Origin: an uncultured Clostridia bacterium
GTDB taxonomy: Bacteria > Bacillota > Clostridia > Christensenellales > UBA1242
Direction of reading: 5' to 3'
Assembly: GCA_944380415.1 (NCBI GenBank)
Contig: CALWHN010000002.1
Coordinates: 1 to 58,733 of the forward strand
DNA: 58,733 nucleotides
The notes under the pieces are model-generated. The model made no database searches. It saw only the letters and a list, made by a program, of their open reading frames with translations, and was not told where the DNA came from. Numbering within the stretch: the first letter of the stretch is position 1; every line of letters begins with the position of its first letter. Made by a program: the position numbers and the translations under genes. Shown here piece after piece: positions 7,879 to 15,987 of the stretch.

Positions 7879-9771
7879 ATGAAAAAAGAACAAATTAAAA
7901 AGCAAGAAATTTTTGAGGAGGATTTAGTTAGAGAAGTTTTAGAAGACTTTAAGCGCAGGCAATATGAGCGAAAAAACTTTGAAACCCAATGGGAACTAAA
8001 CATGAACTTTTTGATGGGAAATCAATATTGTTGCATTGGCCCATCTGGAGAAGTTGAAGAATATGACAAACAATTCTATTGGCAGGAGAGGGAGGTTTAT
8101 AACCACATTGCTCCAATTGTTGAAGCAAGGCTTGCACGTCTTTTAACTTTAAAACCGAATATGACGGTTGTTCCGGCTTCCGGCGACGAGCGCGATGTTA
8201 AAACGGCAAAGCTTTCTAAAAAAATTGTCAACGCGGTTTACAACAAGCTTTGTGTTAGTGGAGTCATATCTGAGGCAAACAACTGGAGCGAAGTTTGTGG
8301 AACAAGTTTTTACAAAGTTACTTGGAACCCAGAGAAGGGAACGCTTTTAAGAGAAGATGAAAGCGGAAAATATTTCAGCGGAGAGGTTGAGGTTACTGTT
8401 TGCCCTCCATTTGAGATTTATCCAGAAAGTTCAAGCTGCGGAGATGTTGGGAACTGCAAGTCAATTATCCACGCGAAGGCATATCACGTTGACGACATCA
8501 AGAAAAACTGGGGAGTTGAAGTTAAGGGCGAAGACATAAACGTTTTCTCTCTTGACAATGTTTCGGCAATTGGCAGCTATGGATATTTTGGAAACGTTGG
8601 AAAGGTTGTTAGCGGCGTTAGAAGCAACTATGCAATTGTTATAGAGAAATATGAAAGCCCTTCTGTTGATTTCCCTAATGGAAGGTTGATTATTGTTGCT
8701 GGCGACAAACTAGTTCACATTTCAGAACTTCCATATATCAATGGAAACGACGGCGAACGAGGTTTTCCATTTATCAAACAAACGTGTATTGACCATCCGG
8801 GCTGTTTCTGGGGCTCGTCAGTTATTGAGAGATTAATTCCAATTCAGCGCTCATTTAACACGCTTAAAAACAGAAAGCATGAGTTCATGAACAGGCTTTC
8901 AATGGGGGTTTTGACCGTTGAAGATGGCTCTGTTGACACAGATAATTTGCAAGATGATGGGCTTTCTCCTGGAAAGGTTTTGATTTACAGGCAGGGAGCA
9001 ACTCCGCCAAGGTTTATGAATTTTGACAGTGTTCCAATTGACTTTACAAACGAAGAGAATATGCTTTTGAACGAGTTCACATATGTTAGCGGCGTTTCAG
9101 ACCTTTTAAGAAATTCCGTTGCAAGCTATGCGAACATGTCGGGCGTTGCGCTTCAAGTTTTGGTTGAGCAAGATGAAACAAGAATTTCAATTACGGCGGA
9201 GCGAATTAGAGAAGCAATTAAGACAATGGCAAAGCAGGTTTTGAAGTTGTATCGCCAATTTGCAACCGTTCCGCGCCTTACAAAAATTGTTGGAGACAAT
9301 GGCGACATTGAAGTCTTCTACTTTACAGCTTCTGACATTTCAAGCGACGACATCGTTTTTGAAACAGGAAGCGAAATTGGAGAAACTGTTGCCCAGAAGC
9401 GCAGCATGGTTTTTGACCTTTTAAATGCAGGGCTTTTGCACGATGAAAATGGAAAACTTTCAAACAGAATGAGAGTTAAAGCCTTGGATTTACTTGGTTT
9501 TGGCGTTTGGGAAAACGCCCAGGATATAAACGAGCTTCACCTTAAAAAAGCTTCGAATGAGAATTTAAAGTTCATGGATGGTGAGGAAATCGAGCCTTTG
9601 GAAGTTGACGACCACAGCATTCACATAACAGAGCACACGGCGCTTCTTCTTGGAAGTGAATTTACCAAAAAAGCTGAGAGAAATAAAAAGCTTATGGAAA
9701 ATGTTTTAAAACACATTAGAAGACACAAACAAATGAGGGCGATTTCAGAATCCTTGGAAAATAACAATTAA
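7879..9771 (+). CDS. phage portal protein
   Basis: ATG at 7879 after AGGAGG. 630 aa. The N-terminal pattern RRQYERKNFETQWELNMNFLMGNQY, the size and the position before scaffold and capsid all fit portal proteins. Confidence 0.7.
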   Translation: MKKEQIKKQEIFEEDLVREVLEDFKRRQYERKNFETQWELNMNFLMGNQYCCIGPSGEVEEYDKQFYWQEREVYNHIAPIVEARLARLLTLKPNMTVVPASGDERDVKTAKLSKKIVNAVYNKLCVSGVISEANNWSEVCGTSFYKVTWNPEKGTLLREDESGKYFSGEVEVTVCPPFEIYPESSSCGDVGNCKSIIHAKAYHVDDIKKNWGVEVKGEDINVFSLDNVSAIGSYGYFGNVGKVVSGVRSNYAIVIEKYESPSVDFPNGRLIIVAGDKLVHISELPYINGNDGERGFPFIKQTCIDHPGCFWGSSVIERLIPIQRSFNTLKNRKHEFMNRLSMGVLTVEDGSVDTDNLQDDGLSPGKVLIYRQGATPPRFMNFDSVPIDFTNEENMLLNEFTYVSGVSDLLRNSVASYANMSGVALQVLVEQDETRISITAERIREAIKTMAKQVLKLYRQFATVPRLTKIVGDNGDIEVFYFTASDISSDDIVFETGSEIGETVAQKRSMVFDLLNAGLLHDENGKLSNRMRVKALDLLGFGVWENAQDINELHLKKASNENLKFMDGEEIEPLEVDDHSIHITEHTALLLGSEFTKKAERNKKLMENVLKHIRRHKQMRAISESLENNN

Positions 9772-9784
9772 TTGGAGAAAAAAT

Positions 9785-10462
9785 ATGGAAAAAGATGAAA
9801 TTATTAGGGAACAACCTTTTGAAAGCGAGCAAGCACAAGAGAGTATTGTTGATTTTGAAGAAAAAAGCGGTGCCACTACGTCGCAGCAAGAAGGCTCCCA
9901 ATTTGGAAAATTTTCTTGTGCAGAAGATTTGGTTAATGCATACAACAATCTTCAAGCGGAGTTTACAAGAAAATGCCAAAAACTTAGCGAAATTCAAAAG
10001 CATATTGCCGAAAAGGAAATTGAAGAAACTTCTTTAAAAGATGAAACAAAGGAAATTTCTCCGGCTTTTATGCAAGAGGACTGGCGAAGTCGCGTTTCAG
10101 AATTTCTTCAAAAAAACGAACGCGCCAGCGAATTTTCGCGCGAAATTTCAAACGAAATTTTGAAAGACAAAGACCTTCAAACTTCGCCAAATATGCTTGA
10201 AATTGCATATGGAAGGGTTTTGGCAAAGAAATATAAAACGCCAGACCAAATTGCAAGCGAATCTTCATTTATGGAAAAATATGTTCTTTCAAATGAAGAT
10301 GTCAGGCGAAAAATTTTTGGAAGCTACTTAAGCCAAATTCAAAAAGCGCCTCATGTAATTGGCGGAGAAATTAAAGGCGGAGTTAGTTTGCTTCCTAAAA
10401 GAAGTAAACCAGAAACATTAAATGACGCCAAAATTTTGGCAGAAAAATTTTTAAATAATTAA
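9785..10462 (+). CDS. putative capsid scaffolding protein
   Basis: 225 aa, acidic and helical. It lies between the portal and capsid genes. The EDLVNAYNNLQAEFTRK segment resembles scaffold N-termini as I recall them. Confidence 0.5.
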   Translation: MEKDEIIREQPFESEQAQESIVDFEEKSGATTSQQEGSQFGKFSCAEDLVNAYNNLQAEFTRKCQKLSEIQKHIAEKEIEETSLKDETKEISPAFMQEDWRSRVSEFLQKNERASEFSREISNEILKDKDLQTSPNMLEIAYGRVLAKKYKTPDQIASESSFMEKYVLSNEDVRRKIFGSYLSQIQKAPHVIGGEIKGGVSLLPKRSKPETLNDAKILAEKFLNN

Positions 10463-10556
10463 TTTTTTTTAAAAAATATTATTTATTTTTTATAAATGAT
10501 ATTAAAAACATAAAAAAAATAAAAAAATTAATTATTTATTTATTAAAAAATAAAAA
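10463..10556. other. almost pure A/T tract upstream of the capsid gene
   Basis: By eye only two G/C bases occur in about 94 nt, with several TATAAA/TATTAA-like hexamers. It ends at the AAGGAG RBS of the capsid gene. Confidence 0.8.
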
Positions 10557-10570
10557 AAAGGAGATAAAAA

Positions 10571-11794
10571 ATGGTTTCATTAACAAGCGCAAGCAACGCG
10601 CTTAAAAATGTTTATTTAGGCGTTGTTGCAAACCAATTAAACACAAATGCAAACCCTCTTCTTGGAAAGATTGAACAATCTACAAGTGATGTTTGGGGTA
10701 AGCAAATTATTAAACTTGCGCCTTTTGGAATTAACGGCGGTATTGGAGCAGGAACGGAAACAGGAACGCTTCCAATTGCAGCTGAAAACCAATATGTTCA
10801 GTTTGTTACAGACCTTAAAAACCTTTATGGAAGAATTTCAATTTCAGATAAGGCTATGAGGGCTTCTGCAAACAGCGCAGGCGCATTTGTAAATCTTTTA
10901 AATGCAGAAATGGAAGGGCTTGTAAAAGCAAGCAGCTTCAACTTTGGCCGTATGCTATATGGCGACGGCTCTGGCCTTTTGGCAACAGTTGTTTCTTTTG
11001 AAAGCTCAACAGGGGCAATCACGGTTGACAGCGTTAGAAATTTGATTGAAGGAATGGTCATTGATGTTTACAACACATCTGGAAAAGTTGCTGCTTCAAG
11101 CGGAAAGAGAATTTCCTATGTTGACAGAGCAAACAACAAATTCTATCTTGATGCAACAGCATCTGCACTAAGCTTTGCAAAGAACGATGAAATTTATGTT
11201 CAAAATTCAAAGGGCCTTGAAATTACCGGCCTTGGGGCAATTTTTGGCTCTGCTGAAAAGCTCTATGGCTTGACAAAAGCGGACTATCCTTGGCTTTCTC
11301 CATATGTTGATTCAACAACAAAAGAAATTTCTGATGAAACAATTCAGGCAGGTTTAGACAGCCTTGAAGAAAGCGGCGGACTTAGCGCAAACTTTATAAC
11401 ATGCTCCAGAGCAGTTAGAAAGGCATATCAAAAATATCTTTCATATTTTAGAAGGAATATTGATGTTATGGACCTTGCTGGCGGTTTTAAAGCAATTACA
11501 TACAACGGAACTCCAATCTACGCAGACAGGTTTGTTAAGGACGATGAAATGTATCTTTTAAACACAGACGAATTCACATTGCATCAACTTTGCGACTGGA
11601 AGTGGCTTGAGGGAGATGACGGAAAGGTTATCAAACAAAACCCAGACGAGGCAACTTATTGCGCAACATTGGTCAAATACGCAGATTTGATTTGTAACAA
11701 ACCAAATTCTCAGGGAAAAATTTCTGGAATTTCTGCAACTGTTACAAACCCATTTGCAAGCACAACAGTTTCTGATGACGGAGAATCAGCCTAA
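10571..11794 (+). CDS. major capsid protein (HK97-fold family type)
   Basis: 407 aa. ISISDKAMRAS...FVNLLNAEMEGLVKASSFNFGRMLYGDGSGLL matches the recalled conserved core of HK97-type capsid proteins. It follows the scaffold gene and has a strong RBS. Confidence 0.7.
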   Translation: MVSLTSASNALKNVYLGVVANQLNTNANPLLGKIEQSTSDVWGKQIIKLAPFGINGGIGAGTETGTLPIAAENQYVQFVTDLKNLYGRISISDKAMRASANSAGAFVNLLNAEMEGLVKASSFNFGRMLYGDGSGLLATVVSFESSTGAITVDSVRNLIEGMVIDVYNTSGKVAASSGKRISYVDRANNKFYLDATASALSFAKNDEIYVQNSKGLEITGLGAIFGSAEKLYGLTKADYPWLSPYVDSTTKEISDETIQAGLDSLEESGGLSANFITCSRAVRKAYQKYLSYFRRNIDVMDLAGGFKAITYNGTPIYADRFVKDDEMYLLNTDEFTLHQLCDWKWLEGDDGKVIKQNPDEATYCATLVKYADLICNKPNSQGKISGISATVTNPFASTTVSDDGESA

Positions 11795-12126
11795 TGTTAT
11801 ATGAAATTTTAAACGATGTTTTTTTCATTAGCGATAGAATTAAAGAAATTGATGAAAATTATAAAATCTATTTTAATTCCGAAAAAAATAAGTTTGAAAT
11901 TCACAATATTGGTCAAATTGGGGACAGTTATTGTTTAACTGTCCCTTTCCAATATTTGGATTTTCGAACTATTGATTTAGTTAAAAAAACTCTTTCAATA
12001 AATGGAGAAAAATTGCTTGAAGAAATAGATTTAAATAATAAAAAAATTAGTGAAATTAATGAAAAAATAATTTTTAATAAGGCCAAAGACCAATTATTTG
12101 ACGAAATTAAATATTCTAAAAATTAA
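11794..12126 (+). CDS. hypothetical small protein, markedly AT-rich ORF
   Basis: The start overlaps the capsid stop (TAATG). 110 aa, rich in N/K/I. Visibly lower GC than neighbouring genes. Confidence 0.5.
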   Translation: MLYEILNDVFFISDRIKEIDENYKIYFNSEKNKFEIHNIGQIGDSYCLTVPFQYLDFRTIDLVKKTLSINGEKLLEEIDLNNKKISEINEKIIFNKAKDQLFDEIKYSKN

Positions 12127-12137
12127 AAGGAGGAAAT

Positions 12138-12707
12138 ATGACGGCAAAAGATGTTATTAAAGTTGTTTGCGTTTTTTTGCAAAAGGAAGAGCTTTTGGAA
12201 CTTGAAGACCTTGGAGGAACAGAGGAGGCAACCGAATCTCAAACAAAAGAACTTGAACACATGCTTAGATGTTTAAATCTCGTTGTAAACGAAATTGCAA
12301 CGGATTACATTCCGCTTTTGTTTAAAGAAACGGTTTTTCCAACGGGCGGCCAAGTTCTGCTTAGTTCGCTTACGAAAAATCCAATTGATATTTTAAGAGT
12401 TGAAGACAGGTTTGGAATTAGAGTTAACTATAAGCTTTTTCCAGACTATTTAGAAACAATTGACGGCGAAGTTAAAATTCTTTATTCTTATGAGCCGGCG
12501 GAGTCCACAGCGCTTTCGCAAGCCCTTGAAAACTTTTCACAAAAAATTGGCGAAAGGGTAATTGCATATGGCGTTGCAATGGAATATTGTTTCATATGTG
12601 GTCTTCATGACGACGCATCAATTTGGGAGAAACGCTTTAAAGATGCGCTTTTAATTGCATCTAGAAAAAAATCGGAAATTAAGCTTCCGAAACGGAGGTG
12701 GAATTGA
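12138..12707 (+). CDS. putative head-tail adaptor / head completion protein
   Basis: 189 aa with an AGGAGG RBS. The assignment rests on its position after the capsid gene only. Confidence 0.35.
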   Translation: MTAKDVIKVVCVFLQKEELLELEDLGGTEEATESQTKELEHMLRCLNLVVNEIATDYIPLLFKETVFPTGGQVLLSSLTKNPIDILRVEDRFGIRVNYKLFPDYLETIDGEVKILYSYEPAESTALSQALENFSQKIGERVIAYGVAMEYCFICGLHDDASIWEKRFKDALLIASRKKSEIKLPKRRWN

Positions 12708-14212
12708 TGTTTTATCAAAATTCTTTGCTTTTAAAAAACAAATCAACATATAAGCTTTCTCTCTCAACTTTCAAAAACGGAATCAACACAGAAATTGAAG
12801 AAAACTCGCTTCCTTTTAAATATGCAAAGGTTACCTACAACTATAATTTTAAAAGAGGCGCTTTGCAAACTGGGCACGGCTTTGACGACCTTTATCTTCC
12901 AGAATCCAGCAGTGAAAACCCAGTTATGAGAAAGGTTGCCGTTAGCGGAGAATATACAAAGCTCAACCGAATTTGGCTTTTTCCATATTATAACCACATA
13001 ATGAACGTTCGCGACCACATGCTTCTTCTAAGCCAGGACGACAAAGTTTTGTATGCTAGAATAATTGCGGTTAATCCATATTTTTATGATGTCAGTTACA
13101 GCGGCCAGACCTTTGAGTCCGAGCCAAACGCTGTTTACTATAACATCAATGGCGAAGATGTCATGCTTGTCACGTCTGAAACAGATGGAATGTATGTTTT
13201 CTCTCCAACACTTGAAGAAGAAATTTTGGATGAACCAAAAATTATCTCAATCTGTAGGCACTATGAAAGAGTTTTTGCAATTGAGGAAGGAAAGCGGAAC
13301 AAACTTATTTTCAGCGCAAACTTGGACCCAACAAATTGGAATGTTGACATTGACGAGGCAGGATATATTGAAATTATTGACGACAGAGGAAGATTGGAAA
13401 AGGTTGTTAGTTTTAACGATTATGTTTACATATTCAAAGAATATGGAATTTCAAGGCTTTCAGCATATGGCGATCAAACTGAATTTAGCTTGTCAAGCGT
13501 CTTTGTAACAAGCGGGAAGATCTATGCCAATTCTGTTTGTGTTTGTGGAGATAGAATTATGTTCCTTGCGCGCGATGGAATATATTCTTTCAATGGTTAC
13601 AGTGCAACGAAACTCACGCTAAACATTGAATCTCTTTTTGAGGAACACAACGACAACTGCTGTTCTGCCTACCACAACGGCAAATATTATTTGGGTTGCA
13701 AGCTGAAATATGACGACGGAGAAGTTATTGGCTGCGAGGGCTATTCAGACGGCTATGTCAACAACACTTTAATTGAATATGACCTTAAAACAGGCGAAAT
13801 CAATCTTACGAGAGGAGTTGACCTAAAGTGGCTAATTTCAATTGAATATGACACCGTTAACAAGCTTGCCGTGCTCTTTAACGGCGAGCATAAGAAAAAA
13901 ATTGGCGAGATGAATGATTCCGGAGAGGTTTTTGGAACGCCGCTAAAAAAGATTTGGACATCTTCATATTCCAACCTTGGCTATCCAGGGAAGATTAAAA
14001 AGATTGAAAAGTTTTCATTGATTTCTAAGCACGAATGTAAAATTAAAATTAAAACCGATGTTGAAAGCGAAACATTCGAAGTCAAGGGCAAGGATTCAAC
14101 AACGACAATTTATCCAAATTTAAAGGGTGAAATGTTTCAATTTTCAATTGAATCTGACGGGTCAGATGCCCATGTTGCATGCCCAGAAATTTCAATTGGG
14201 ATTAGCCAATGA
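12707..14212 (+). CDS. putative tail/nozzle structural protein (repetitive beta-rich)
   Basis: ATG at 12707 overlaps the upstream TGA and has a GGAGG 8 nt upstream. 501 aa with recurring hydrophobic-Y/F-x-G strands (VYIFKEYGISRLS, IMFLARDGIYSFNGY, NGKYYLGCK) that suggest a propeller-like or beta-sandwich fold. Confidence 0.4.
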   Translation: MFYQNSLLLKNKSTYKLSLSTFKNGINTEIEENSLPFKYAKVTYNYNFKRGALQTGHGFDDLYLPESSSENPVMRKVAVSGEYTKLNRIWLFPYYNHIMNVRDHMLLLSQDDKVLYARIIAVNPYFYDVSYSGQTFESEPNAVYYNINGEDVMLVTSETDGMYVFSPTLEEEILDEPKIISICRHYERVFAIEEGKRNKLIFSANLDPTNWNVDIDEAGYIEIIDDRGRLEKVVSFNDYVYIFKEYGISRLSAYGDQTEFSLSSVFVTSGKIYANSVCVCGDRIMFLARDGIYSFNGYSATKLTLNIESLFEEHNDNCCSAYHNGKYYLGCKLKYDDGEVIGCEGYSDGYVNNTLIEYDLKTGEINLTRGVDLKWLISIEYDTVNKLAVLFNGEHKKKIGEMNDSGEVFGTPLKKIWTSSYSNLGYPGKIKKIEKFSLISKHECKIKIKTDVESETFEVKGKDSTTTIYPNLKGEMFQFSIESDGSDAHVACPEISIGISQ

Positions 14213-15213
14213 TTTCTCTTTCAAGCGTTAAAAAAATTGTTGATGAAAAAAACAAAAAAAATTTCAATGAGTTAGGAGGAATAAAAATGTATTCTTACAA
14301 GACAACCAATTCAGATTCAAATTTTGATGAGGCAAAACAAAATGTTCTAAACAAACTTCAAGAAATTGAAGATAAGTACACTATTTTAGAGTTTGTTCCA
14401 GAGGAAACAACCTCTCTTGGCCTTGAGAAACAGGAGTTCACCGCGCCAACGGAGGATGAAATTAGGCTGGAAGCTGAAAAATCTTTAAGCGCTCAAAAAG
14501 AAAATGAACGAGAGGAAATTGAAAACACCTATGAAGGCAAGTTCAACAATTTAAACAACGAAGTTGAGGACGTTGCTCTTGAAAGGGACGAGGATGTTGA
14601 AGCCGCGGCTTCAAATTTTCGCTCTTCGCTTAGAGATGCAACAAATTCAAGCATCAAACAGGGAATTTCAAGAAGTTCAATTTATGATGAGGCGGTTAAA
14701 GCAATTGAGGGCGAGCGAAATTCTTTAATTAGCGCAGCAGAAGAGGAGTTTAACAGGGAAATGAGCAGGCTTGAAAAGGAAATTGACCTTTTGCAAAGAC
14801 AAAAGGACAACGCCCTAGAGGCCTTTGATATTTCCTATGCAATTAAGCTTGAAGACAAAATTGCAGACATAAACAAGGACATTGCAAACAAACAAAAAGA
14901 GGTTGAAAAATATAACGAAAATGTTGACAAGCTTGAAGCGGAAAATTTAAAAGCTCAAGAACAGGCAAACGCTCAAAGGCAACAGGAAATTGAAAAACAC
15001 AACGAAGAACTTTTAAAGCAAATTGAAAAACTTGGCGAAGCAGGGGTTACCCAACAAAAACTAAGGGAAAGATATCAAGTTGTTTTAGATTTTCTTATGT
15101 CAATTCCAAAAGATGTTGCTTTAAGCGAGCTTACAAAAGACAACTATTATGAAACTCTTTTAAGCAATTACTATCCTTCTGTCTACGCTCAAATTTTGCG
15201 AAGAGACGACTAA
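14209..15213 (+). CDS. coiled-coil virion protein (function unknown)
   Basis: ATGA overlap with the upstream stop. An alternative start at 14287 has a strong AGGAGG RBS. Long heptad-like E/K/Q-rich stretches. Confidence 0.45.
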   Translation: MISLSSVKKIVDEKNKKNFNELGGIKMYSYKTTNSDSNFDEAKQNVLNKLQEIEDKYTILEFVPEETTSLGLEKQEFTAPTEDEIRLEAEKSLSAQKENEREEIENTYEGKFNNLNNEVEDVALERDEDVEAAASNFRSSLRDATNSSIKQGISRSSIYDEAVKAIEGERNSLISAAEEEFNREMSRLEKEIDLLQRQKDNALEAFDISYAIKLEDKIADINKDIANKQKEVEKYNENVDKLEAENLKAQEQANAQRQQEIEKHNEELLKQIEKLGEAGVTQQKLRERYQVVLDFLMSIPKDVALSELTKDNYYETLLSNYYPSVYAQILRRDD

Positions 15214-15221
15214 GAGAAAAA

Positions 15222-15653
15222 ATGTGGGAAGACATTTTAAATATAGTAATTTCTAACGGAATTTTCGCAACCCTTTTCGTTGGGCTTTTGCTCTATCTTT
15301 TAAAGGACAGCAGCAAGCGTGAGGACAAATATACAAACACAATAAATTCTTTAAATGAAAATTTAAACAGCGCCCTTGACATTGGCGAAAAGGTTGACGA
15401 GGTTAAAATGAGTGTTGAGGACATGAAGGATGAACTCGACGAAAACAACCAGGAGATTGGAAAGGTTTCGTCAATTGCAAAGGACATTGGCGGAAAGCTT
15501 GAGGAAACAACCATTTCACTAAACTCTCTTGACGAAAGCCTTAAAAATCACACAAAAATTATTAAAAAAGTTTCAGCAGATGTTAAGGTTGTTAAAAAGG
15601 ACGTTAAAGAAATTAAAAAACATGTTTTTCCAAAAGAGGAGGAAACAAAATGA
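15222..15653 (+). CDS. BhlA/UviB-family holin-like protein with a coiled-coil tail
   Basis: NGIFATLFVGLLLYLLKDSSKREDKYTNTINSLNENL aligns with my recollection of BhlA (QGPFAVLFCWLLFYVMKTSKERESKLYNQIDSQNEVL). Confidence 0.6.
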   Translation: MWEDILNIVISNGIFATLFVGLLLYLLKDSSKREDKYTNTINSLNENLNSALDIGEKVDEVKMSVEDMKDELDENNQEIGKVSSIAKDIGGKLEETTISLNSLDESLKNHTKIIKKVSADVKVVKKDVKEIKKHVFPKEEETK

Positions 15654-15940
15654 AAGATAGAATAAAATCTTATAGCTTTTGGGTTGGCCTTTCTGGCGCA
15701 ATTGTTGCGTTTGTTTCTGCAATTGGAAAGGCGGTTGGCTTCATTCCAAACGAGGAACTAATCAGCAGCATAATCTTGGGATTTGCTGGAGTTTTAGTTG
15801 CGCTTGGAGTTGTTTCCAAGCCAAAATCGGCAGGGGAGGAAAAAACAGAAGAAACCTTGGCCGAGGAAAACGCCGAAAGCGAAACAAAAGCCGAAGAGGA
15901 AACAGGCGAAGGCCAAAGCGAAGAAACAAAAATTAATTAG
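15650..15940 (+). CDS. phage holin (two-TM, phage_holin_1-like)
   Basis: ATGA overlap with the upstream gene. SFWVGLSGAIVAFVSAIGKAVGF...IILGFAGVLVALGVVSKP gives two TM helices, followed by a charged C-tail. Confidence 0.55.
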   Translation: MKDRIKSYSFWVGLSGAIVAFVSAIGKAVGFIPNEELISSIILGFAGVLVALGVVSKPKSAGEEKTEETLAEENAESETKAEEETGEGQSEETKIN

Positions 15941-15961
15941 AAGACGCTAAAATAGTTAAAA

Positions 15962-15987
15962 GAAGAGGCCAAGTGGCCTCTTTTTTT
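15962..15987. terminator. bidirectional terminator between the holin gene and the convergent deacetylase gene
   Basis: AAGAGGCC-AAGT-GGCCTCTT flanked by an A-run and a T7 run. Confidence 0.7.

Larger units (their letters stand above)
7529..15940 (+). mobile_element. phage-derived virion/holin gene block, incomplete (no TerL, lysin, integrase or replication genes)
   Basis: Ten co-directional ORFs with portal, scaffold, capsid and holin signatures. Junctions overlap (TAATG, TGATG and two ATGA). Terminators lie on both flanks. Confidence 0.65.

Noticed and set aside
10463-10570. The A/T tract read as a chromosomal or phage replication origin or an attachment site.
   Set aside because: I found no DnaA boxes, iterons or flanking direct repeats. 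It is kept as a finding only as an unexplained regulatory or structural tract.
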